Origin: Candidatus Geohabitans tengchongensis
Lineage (GTDB): Bacteria; Sysuimicrobiota; Sysuimicrobiia; Sysuimicrobiales; Humicultoraceae
DNA: 11,115 bases
NCBI GenBank assembly: GCA_031459625.1
Contig: JAVKIH010000025.1
Span: 23,232 to 34,346, forward strand
Reading direction: 5' to 3'
The notes below the pieces were generated by a model, which was not told the origin of the DNA, made no database searches, and worked only from the letters and a program-made list of their open reading frames with translations. Below, piece after piece: positions 1 through 7,522 of the stretch. The position numbers and the translations under genes were made by a program. The number at the start of each line of letters is the position of its first letter. Within the stretch, counting starts at the first letter, position 1.

Positions 1-1100
1 TCCGTGTAGAGCACGAGGAGCTCCCCGGGGGCGAGCGTCACCGTGGTGTCGGCGTACCCCTCCGCGCACCAGATGCCGAGCGGCGGTCCCCCGTGCGGGA
101 GGACCTCGACGCGGCCGTCTGGCCGCCCGAGCAGCGGGGGAGGATGGCCGGCCGTGGCATAGGTGAAGGCCAGGGTCACGGGGTCGAAGATCGCGAAGAT
201 GGCCGAGGCCATCTCCTCCTGTCCATCGAGCTGCAGGAGGTGGCTGACCCGGTTGAGCACCGCAGCGGGAGAGGCCCCCTCCAACGCCGCGACGCGCAGG
301 GCCGGGCGCACCTGCCCCATGGCCACCGCGGCGCGGAGCCCGCGGCCGGCGACGTCCCCCAGGGAGAGGGCGAGGCGCCCGTCCGGGAGGCGGAAGGCGT
401 CGTACCAGTCTCCGCCCACCTCGGCCTCGCGGGTGGCCGGACGGTAGGAGGCGGAGAGCTCCACGCCGGGGACGATGGGCAGGTCCCGCGGGAGCGAGGC
501 CCGCTGCATCGTCGCCGCGATGCGGTGCTCGCGGGCGAAGAGCGCGGCCTGCTCCACGGCAGCGGCGCACTGCCTGGCCAGGATCTCGAACGGCGGCAGG
601 TCGGCCTCGCCGTAGTGGCGTCCCGACCCCGCGGCGGCGAAGACCAGCGCCCCCAGGACTCGCTCGCGGCCCAGCAGGGGGAGGATCACACCCGAGGTGA
701 GGCCGAACGCGCGCAGCGCCGCCAGGTGCGCCTCGTCCAGGGCGACGGCGCGCAGGACCGCCTCGCCGACGGACGGCAGGACGACGGGGCGCGCCGTGCG
801 GATCGCCTCCGCCACCGGGTGCACTCCCGGCAGGGCGTCCAGGGGGATGGTGGTCTGGAGGGCGCGCGCCAGCCGTCGGTGCGCCGGATCGGCGTAGGCG
901 CCGGCCACGGGGCGCAGGGTGCCCCGCTCCCCCAGGCGGTAGGCGACGGCGATGTCCGCCAGCGCGGGGACGGCGGTCCGTACCAGGCGCCGCAACGCCT
1001 CGACCGGGTGACGGGCTTCGGCGATGAGCGCGCCGGCGCGCGCGACCAGCGTCAGTCGGGCCTGCGCGGCCTCCGCCACGTCGCGCGCGGCCTCCGCCAT
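1..1100 (-). CDS. GAF domain + SpoIIE/RsbU-type PP2C Ser/Thr phosphatase (partial, runs off the window at position 1)
   Basis: Not in the ORF track because it has no stop in the window. My translation from ATG 1100 gives MAEAARDVAEAAQARL..., a GAF-like region (ADIAVAY...GVILPLLGRERVLGALVF...EILARQCAAAVEQAALF), then SpoIIE motifs QRASLP, VGGDWYD, LGDVAGRG, AGHPPPLL, GPPLG, LLVLYTD. GGAGG lies 11 nt upstream of the ATG. An alternative GTG at 1271 would add a Pro/Gly-rich leader. Confidence 0.92.
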   Translation of the reverse strand, partial: MAEAARDVAEAAQARLTLVARAGALIAEARHPVEALRRLVRTAVPALADIAVAYRLGERGTLRPVAGAYADPAHRRLARALQTTIPLDALPGVHPVAEAIRTARPVVLPSVGEAVLRAVALDEAHLAALRAFGLTSGVILPLLGRERVLGALVFAAAGSGRHYGEADLPPFEILARQCAAAVEQAALFAREHRIAATMQRASLPRDLPIVPGVELSASYRPATREAEVGGDWYDAFRLPDGRLALSLGDVAGRGLRAAVAMGQVRPALRVAALEGASPAAVLNRVSHLLQLDGQEEMASAIFAIFDPVTLAFTYATAGHPPPLLGRPDGRVEVLPHGGPPLGIWCAEGYADTTVTLAPGELLVLYT

Positions 1101-1296
1101 GCCGCGCCCGGCCTCCGCCTCCTGCAGCCCCTGATCCGCGCTCCCGTGCGGCCCGGCGGGCGGACGGCCGGGCGCTGCGGGCTGCGGCGCTCCCGGGCGG
1201 CCCGCGTCGCCCGGGTCTCGGGCCGGGAGGCCCGTCGGAGCGTCCCGGCCGGGATCGGCGCGGGTCGTCACGTCCCGGGTGCAGCGGCGGGGCCGG

Positions 1297-1809
1297 TCAC
1301 CGCGGGCGGAAGACGCCGACCGCCTGGGCCGTCAGCCCGTTCTGCGTCGCGCCGACGAAGACCACGAGCCCGCGCGGGTCCCAGCGCACCTCGGCGGGCT
1401 GCGGCCCGGCGCTGCTGGTGTACACCCCGAAGGTGCGCAGGAAGTCGGCGAGCGGGCCGCCGGCCTTGTGTCCGCCCGGCTCGGTGGTGAAGCGCGGGTC
1501 GTCGGTCAGCACCATCACCACGGTGCCCGGCGTGTCCAGGCCGATCCGCTGGTACCGGTCCAGGACGCAGACCCCCACGCTCGCCTCGGGGTTGCAGAAC
1601 CCGTGCACGTCCGCCGCTTCCAGCGGCTCGACGCGGCCGTACTGGTCCATCAGGGGGCGGGCCTGATCGATCGGCATGCCCACCTGGAACGGTCCGATGG
1701 CCTGACCGGGGAGGATGGTGCTCGGCGCCTGGGCGGCGACGGGCAGCCACGCGGGCGCGGCCAGGACGACGGCGACGGGGGCCAGGAGGACGAGCAGGGG
1801 GATGCGCAT
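1297..1809 (-). CDS. Secreted hypothetical protein (170 aa, Sec-type signal peptide)
   Basis: ATG with AGGAG 7 nt upstream (1817-1821). Hydrophobic N-terminus ending VAAQA. GC3-rich codons. Mature region begins with ILPGQAIGPFQVGM and contains two Cys. Confidence 0.85.
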   Translation of the reverse strand: MRIPLLVLLAPVAVVLAAPAWLPVAAQAPSTILPGQAIGPFQVGMPIDQARPLMDQYGRVEPLEAADVHGFCNPEASVGVCVLDRYQRIGLDTPGTVVMVLTDDPRFTTEPGGHKAGGPLADFLRTFGVYTSSAGPQPAEVRWDPRGLVVFVGATQNGLTAQAVGVFRPR

Positions 1810-1851
1810 GGGCGGGCTCCTCTCTCCGGGTCATCAGGCCGACCCAGTGGG

Positions 1852-1923
1852 TCCACTATAGCGCCTGGGAGCGGACCCTGGGCAGACTTCCACTATAGCG
1901 CCTGGGAGCGGACCCTGGGCAGA
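1852..1923. repeat. Perfect 35-bp tandem direct repeat (2 copies, period 37)
   Basis: TCCACTATAGCGCCTGGGAGCGGACCCTGGGCAGA at 1852-1886 and 1889-1923, separated by CT. Confidence 0.97.
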
Positions 1924-1937
1924 GAAGGAGGAGCCGG

Positions 1938-1960
1938 ACGCAGATCCTGCGGATCCGCGT
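1938..1960 (-). terminator. Hairpin 3' of tRNA-Pro, putative terminator or processing stem
   Basis: Minus strand ACGCGGATCC-GCA-GGATCTGCGT, a 10-bp stem with one G-U pair. It is followed by a pyrimidine-rich tract (CTCCTCCTTCTCT) rather than a U run. Confidence 0.55.
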
Positions 1961-1966
1961 TGAGGG

Positions 1967-2045
1967 TGGTCGGGGAGGGGGGATTTGAACCCCCGGCCTC
2001 AGCGTCCCGAACGCTGCGCGCTACACCAAGCTGCGCCACTCCCCG
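1967..2045 (-). tRNA. tRNA-Pro (anticodon CGG), CCA encoded, 79 nt
   Basis: CGGGGAG-TG-GCGC-AGCTTGGTGTA-GCGC-G-CAGCG-TTCGGGA-CGCTG-AGGCC-GGGGG-TTCAAAT-CCCCC-CTCCCCG-A-CCA forms a full cloverleaf with C1-G72 and A73, typical of bacterial tRNA-Pro. Confidence 0.97.
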
Positions 2046-2056
2046 GACGACACTTC

Positions 2057-2065
2057 ATTGTACCA
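2057..2065 (-). promoter_or_regulatory. Extended -10 promoter (TGnTACAAT) for tRNA-Pro
   Basis: Minus strand TGGTACAAT ends 11 nt upstream of the mature tRNA 5' end. No clear -35 box. Confidence 0.7.
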
Positions 2066-2091
2066 CGGCCGGGGAGTCGCGGGCCGAGAGC

Positions 2092-3357
2092 CTAGCGCTC
2101 CTCCCCGGGCTCGTCCGGCGGCTCGTGCGGCCCGGAGGCCGCTTCGTGCTCGGAGGCCGGCTCCACGCCCCCGCGCCCGCCCGCGCGCGGGGAGACGACC
2201 TGGCGCAGCAGGTTGCCGGCGATGTCGCCGATCGTCACCCGGCCCTCGTCCTGCTGCTGCATGTACTCCTTGACCCGCCGGCGCTCGCGCTCCCGGGCGG
2301 CGCGGCGCAGGCTGGCGATCATGCGCCGCTCCTCCGGCCGGATCTCGATGATCACCGCCTCCACCGTCTGTCCCGGCTGCACCGCGTCCTCCACCTTGGC
2401 CACCCGGCGCTCCGCCAGCTCCGAGATGGGGATGAAGGCGTCGACGTCGCGCAGCCGCATGAAAGCCCCGGACGCCACCAGGCGCACGATCTTGCCGCGC
2501 ACCGTCTCGCCGACGTAGTGCTTGCCTAGGACCTCCTGCCAGGGGTCGTCCAGCACCTGCTTCAGCCCCAGTGAGATCTTGCCCGCCTCCCGGTCCACGC
2601 GCAGGACCATCAGGCGCAGGTGCTGGTTGCGGCGCACCACCTCGGAGGGGTGCTTGATGTAGGTCCAGGCCATCTCGCTGATGGGCAGGAGCGCGTCCAC
2701 CCCGCCCAGGTCGACGAAGGCGCCGAAGTCGGTGATGCGCTTCACCGTCCCCTCGACGATCTGCCCCTCCTCCAGCGTCTGCAGCAGCTCCTCCTTGCGG
2801 CGGCGGCGCTCCTCCTCCACGGCCAGGCGGTGGGAGAGGATCACCCGGCCCTTGCCGCGCTCCACCTCGATGACCTTGAGGGGGATGGACTGGCCGACGA
2901 ACCACTCGAAGCGGCGCCCCTTCGCCTGGCTGAGGTCGACGTGCGAGCCGGGCACGAAGCCGCGCAGGCCCAGGTCGACCACCAGCCCCCCCTTGACCTT
3001 GTCCACCACCATGGCGTGGATGATGCGCCCGCTCTGGTGCGCCTCGATGACCCGCTCCCAGGCGCGGTGGAAGTCGGCCCGCCGCTTGCTCAGGATGATG
3101 TTGCCCTCGTCGCCCTCGACGCGCATCACCATGACGTCGATGGCGTCGCCGACGCTGACCTCCTCGAGCCCCTCCCCGCGCCGCGAGAGCTCCTTGGGCG
3201 GGATGATCCCCTCCGACTTGGCGCCCACGTCCACCAGGACGCCCTCCGTGTCCACGCGCACCACGGTGCCGCGGACGATCTGACGCTCCTGCAGGTGCGG
3301 CAGGGCTCCGGCGAGGTCGACGACCTCTCCCCGGGGCTCCTCGCGCTCCTCACTCAT
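2092..3357 (-). CDS. rpsA: 30S ribosomal protein S1 (four S1 domains, Gram-positive type)
   Basis: Repeated S1 motifs VLVDVGAKSEGIIP, VKGGLVVDLGLRGFVPGS, ITDFGAFVDLGGVDALLPISEM and GAFMRLRDVDAFIPISEL, plus a C-terminal VTIGDI motif. GGAGG at 3369-3373. Confidence 0.93.
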   Translation of the reverse strand: MSEEREEPRGEVVDLAGALPHLQERQIVRGTVVRVDTEGVLVDVGAKSEGIIPPKELSRRGEGLEEVSVGDAIDVMVMRVEGDEGNIILSKRRADFHRAWERVIEAHQSGRIIHAMVVDKVKGGLVVDLGLRGFVPGSHVDLSQAKGRRFEWFVGQSIPLKVIEVERGKGRVILSHRLAVEEERRRRKEELLQTLEEGQIVEGTVKRITDFGAFVDLGGVDALLPISEMAWTYIKHPSEVVRRNQHLRLMVLRVDREAGKISLGLKQVLDDPWQEVLGKHYVGETVRGKIVRLVASGAFMRLRDVDAFIPISELAERRVAKVEDAVQPGQTVEAVIIEIRPEERRMIASLRRAARERERRRVKEYMQQQDEGRVTIGDIAGNLLRQVVSPRAGGRGGVEPASEHEAASGPHEPPDEPGEER

Positions 3358-3401
3358 GGTCGGCCCACCCTCCGATGTGCTGTCCAGGGACAGCCCACCC
3401 T

Positions 3402-3428
3402 ATTCGGCATGTGTATCCAGTTTCCTCT
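3402..3428 (-). promoter_or_regulatory. Putative sigma-H-type promoter upstream of rpsA
   Basis: Minus strand AGAGGAAAC-N11-GCCGAAT in an AT-rich island. It fits the Bacillus sigma-H consensus RNAGGAWWW-N11/12-RNNGAAT with one mismatch. Confidence 0.45.
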
Positions 3429-3610
3429 CCCTGCCGCGGGAGGGCAAGCGCCGGGGGCGGCCGGAAGCGGCGTCCCGCCTGGGATCCGGCGCAGGACGCG
3501 CGCGGGCGGACCGGGCGCGCCGGCAGTGGCGCGCCATCGCGCTGCCCCCGGGGATCGCCAGCCCACGCGCCGCCGGAATTGTCAGGCGACGCGGGTTGCG
3601 GTGGCCGGTC

Positions 3611-4665
<1,055 letters not shown>

Positions 4666-4669
<4 letters not shown>

Positions 4670-5367
4670 GGCTGCGCCAGGCCCCGCTGCGCGGCGGCAC
4701 GCAGACGGGCGAGCGACGCCTCGATCCCGCCTTCGCCTTCGAAGACCGCCGAGGCCGCCACCAGCAGCCGCGCCCCCGCCGCCACCGCCTGGGGGGCGGT
4801 CTCCTCGTTCACCCCGCCGTCCACGGCCAGCGTGACCGACCGCGCCCCCACCAGCGCCCGCAGGCGCCGCAGCCGCTCCAGCGTCCCCGGCAGGAAGCGC
4901 TGCCCGGCGTAGCCGGGGTTCACGCTCATCACCAGCACGCCATCCAGGTCGTCCAGCACCCAGGCCACCATCTCGAGCGGCGTGGCCGGGTTGAGGGCGG
5001 CCACCGCCTCGGCCCCGCGCTCGCGGATGGCCGCCAGCGTGCGGTGCAGGTGGGCCGTCGCCTCCACGTGCACGGCGATGCGGGCGGCCCCGGCGTCGAT
5101 GAAGGCGTCGAGGTGGCGCTCGGGCTCGACCACCATCAGGTGGACGTCGAGGGGGAGGTCACTCGAGGCCCGCAGGCCGCGCATCACCACGGGGCCCATG
5201 GTGATGGGCGGGACGAAGCGCCCGTCCATGACGTCCACGTGCAGGAAGTCGGCCCCGCCCCGCTCCGCGGCGCGCGCCGCCGCGCCCAGGTGGGCGAAGT
5301 CGGCGGCAAGGACGCTGGCGGCGATGCGGATCTCGTCCGGCCCGGCCCGGTGGCGCGCCGGCTTCAG
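4666..5367 (-). CDS. rpe: Ribulose-phosphate 3-epimerase (start probably CTG 5367)
   Basis: C-terminal third of the 791-aa track ORF: IAASVLAADF, HVDVMDGRFVP, DVHLMV, NPATP, MSVNPGYAGQ, VDGGVN. The upstream part of that ORF is an alternate frame of the kinase gene. The start coordinate is inferred. Confidence 0.93.
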
Positions 5368-7394
5368 GGGCGGATCTCCTGGACCAGGCGGTTGTCGAGG
5401 TAGATCTGGATGATGGTGTAGCCGCGGCTGCGCACCAGCACGTTCACGCGCTCCCCGGCCTCGTGCTCGCGCTGGTAGGCGGTGCGCACGCCCTCCTGGT
5501 CGATGACGACGATGCGCACCCGCTGCGGCCCCGGCCCCTCCGGCACCACCACCCGCACGGCGGTGCGCTTTGTCCCCGGCGGGTCGCGCGTCGGCTGCTC
5601 CGCCCCCGGCGAGGCCTGGGTGGGGGCAGGCGTGGGCCGCCGCTCCACCGTCACCACCGGGGCCTCCGGGGGGCGTCCCTCGGCGCCCGGGCGCACGCTT
5701 ACCGTCAGCACGACCTCCGCCTCGGCCGCCCGCACCTTCGTGCCGGCGGCCGGTTCCTGGTCGACCACGATCCCGGGCTCCAGGTCGGGGCTCACCGCCT
5801 GGCGCACGTGGCGCAGGATCAGCCCCAGGTCCTCCAGCCGCCGGCGCGCCTCGCGCAGCGAGCGCCCGACCAGCAGCGGCACCTCCACCAGCTCGGGGCC
5901 GCGGCTCACCACCAGGGCCACCGCCGACCCGCGCGGCACCTGCGCCCCGGGCACGGGGTCCTGGGTGATGATGAGCCCGCCCCGCACGGCGTCGCTGAAG
6001 GCCTCGTCGATCTGCCCCACGCGCAGGCGGGCGTCCTCGATGGCCAGCCGCGCCTGCAGCAGCCCCTGCCCCTGGACGTCCGGCACCGTGACGAGCTCGG
6101 GCCCCAGGCTCACCACCACCTGGACCACCCGGCCCACCTTCACGCGCTTGCCGGGCGGCTGGTCCTGGGACAGGACGGCGTCCTTCGGGACCTCCGCGCT
6201 GTAGGCGCGTCCCTGCACTGCCAGCCCCAGCCGCGCCTCCGCGGCGCGTGCCTGCGCCTCGGGGAGCGGCAGGCCGATGAAGCGCGGGACCTCCACCTCG
6301 GCCACGTTGAAGTAGGCGCTCACCGTGCGCCAGGTCGCCCACACCCCGCCGATGAGCAGGCCCACGGTGACCACGGCCAGCATGACCACGGCGGGGGTCC
6401 AGGTGCGCCCCGCATCGGCGCGGCCGCGCAGCCGGTCGCGCCCGCGGCGCTCGCTGCGCCCGCTGCGGGGCGCCACCGCCGGGGCAGGGCGGGTGTCGCG
6501 GCGCCGGCCGCCCGTGCCCTGGGGCCGGGCGACCAGGGTGGCCTCGGCGGCTGATGCCCCCGGGGGCTCCCGCCAGAAGGCGGTCTCCCCGAGGAGGTCG
6601 GTGGCCATGGCGCGCGCCGAGGGGTAGCGGTGCTCCGGCCGCTTGGCCATCCCGCGCAGGATCACGCCCTCCAGGGACGGCGGGATGGCGGGGTTCAGGC
6701 GGCGCGGCGGCGGCGGGGCGTCGTGGATGTGGCGCAGGGCGATGGCGATGGGGCTGTCGCCGTCGAAGGGGAGCTGCCCGGTGAGCATCTCGTAGAGGAC
6801 GACGGCCACGGCGTAGAGGTCGGCCGCCTGCCCGGCGGGTTGCCCCCGCGCCTGCTCCGGGGCCAGGTACTGCACCGAGCCCAGCACCGTGCCGGTCTGG
6901 GTGATGGTGACGGCCGCCAGCGCCCGGGCGATGCCGAAGTCGGCCACCTTCACCTGCCCGTCCGGCGCCAGCAGGATGTTCTGCGGCTTGATGTCCCGGT
7001 GGACGATGCCGTGGCGGTGGGCGTAGTCGAGGACCTCGCACACCTGCACGGCGATGCGCACCGCCTCGGCCGGCGCGAGCGGCCCGCGCTCGCGCAGGTA
7101 GCGCTTGAGGTCGGGCCCCTCCACGAACTCCATGGCGATGAAGTGGACGCCCTGGGCCTGCCCGCTTTCGAAGACCTGCACCATGTGCGGGTGGGAGAGC
7201 GACTGGACGGCCCGCGCCTCCCGCTGGAAGCGCTCCACGAACTCGGCGTCGGCGGCGTACTGGTCGCGCAGGACCTTCAGCGCGCAGACGAGGCCGTCGC
7301 GCAGGCGGCGGGCCCGGTAGACGGTGGCCATCCCGCCCTCGCTGATGCGCTCCTGGATCTCGTAGCCGGCGACGACGCGCCCGGTCTCGATCAT
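5364..7394 (-). CDS. pknB: PASTA-domain Ser/Thr protein kinase (PknB/PrkC/Stk1)
   Basis: Hanks kinase motifs (EGGMATVY, ALK, HRDIKPQN, DFG, APE), a juxtamembrane linker, one TM helix, three PASTA repeats (VPRFIG, VPDVQG, VPLLVG), a Pro-rich linker and a PrkC-like beta-rich C-terminal domain. Confidence 0.97.
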   Translation of the reverse strand: MIETGRVVAGYEIQERISEGGMATVYRARRLRDGLVCALKVLRDQYAADAEFVERFQREARAVQSLSHPHMVQVFESGQAQGVHFIAMEFVEGPDLKRYLRERGPLAPAEAVRIAVQVCEVLDYAHRHGIVHRDIKPQNILLAPDGQVKVADFGIARALAAVTITQTGTVLGSVQYLAPEQARGQPAGQAADLYAVAVVLYEMLTGQLPFDGDSPIAIALRHIHDAPPPPRRLNPAIPPSLEGVILRGMAKRPEHRYPSARAMATDLLGETAFWREPPGASAAEATLVARPQGTGGRRRDTRPAPAVAPRSGRSERRGRDRLRGRADAGRTWTPAVVMLAVVTVGLLIGGVWATWRTVSAYFNVAEVEVPRFIGLPLPEAQARAAEARLGLAVQGRAYSAEVPKDAVLSQDQPPGKRVKVGRVVQVVVSLGPELVTVPDVQGQGLLQARLAIEDARLRVGQIDEAFSDAVRGGLIITQDPVPGAQVPRGSAVALVVSRGPELVEVPLLVGRSLREARRRLEDLGLILRHVRQAVSPDLEPGIVVDQEPAAGTKVRAAEAEVVLTVSVRPGAEGRPPEAPVVTVERRPTPAPTQASPGAEQPTRDPPGTKRTAVRVVVPEGPGPQRVRIVVIDQEGVRTAYQREHEAGERVNVLVRSRGYTIIQIYLDNRLVQEIRP

Positions 7395-7480
7395 CTGGGG
7401 ACCACGTCCACGCCGTCCCGTGCGGTCACCGGGGGACGGCCGATAGGGTTCCAGCCCGGCGCGGGCGGCAACCTACTCGC

Positions 7481-7509
7481 ATCATACCCTCCACGGCGCG
7501 GCGGGACAC
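7481..7509 (-). promoter_or_regulatory. Putative sigma-70 internal promoter for pknB-rpe-deacetylase
   Basis: Minus strand GTGTCC-N17-TATGAT in the 128-nt gap upstream of pknB. The -10 is a 5/6 match and the -35 a weak 3/6. Confidence 0.45.
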
Positions 7510-7522
7510 GGGGCGGACGACC

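Noticed and set aside
1852..1923. 35-bp repeat as a CRISPR mini-array
   Set aside because: There are only two copies separated by 2 nt, so no spacer, and no cas genes are present.
1810..1966. Integration site (att) or island boundary at the tRNA-Pro 3' end
   Set aside because: I found no duplicated tRNA 3' end, integrase or compositional shift downstream, and the repeat does not resemble the tRNA.
3430..3610. 70-aa ORF (3354-3566), ncRNA or Spo0A-like box (TGACAAT) in the HDAC-rpsA gap
   Set aside because: The ORF has no SD or protein-like composition, the GC-rich pairings are at chance level, and the box is only a single 5/7 match.
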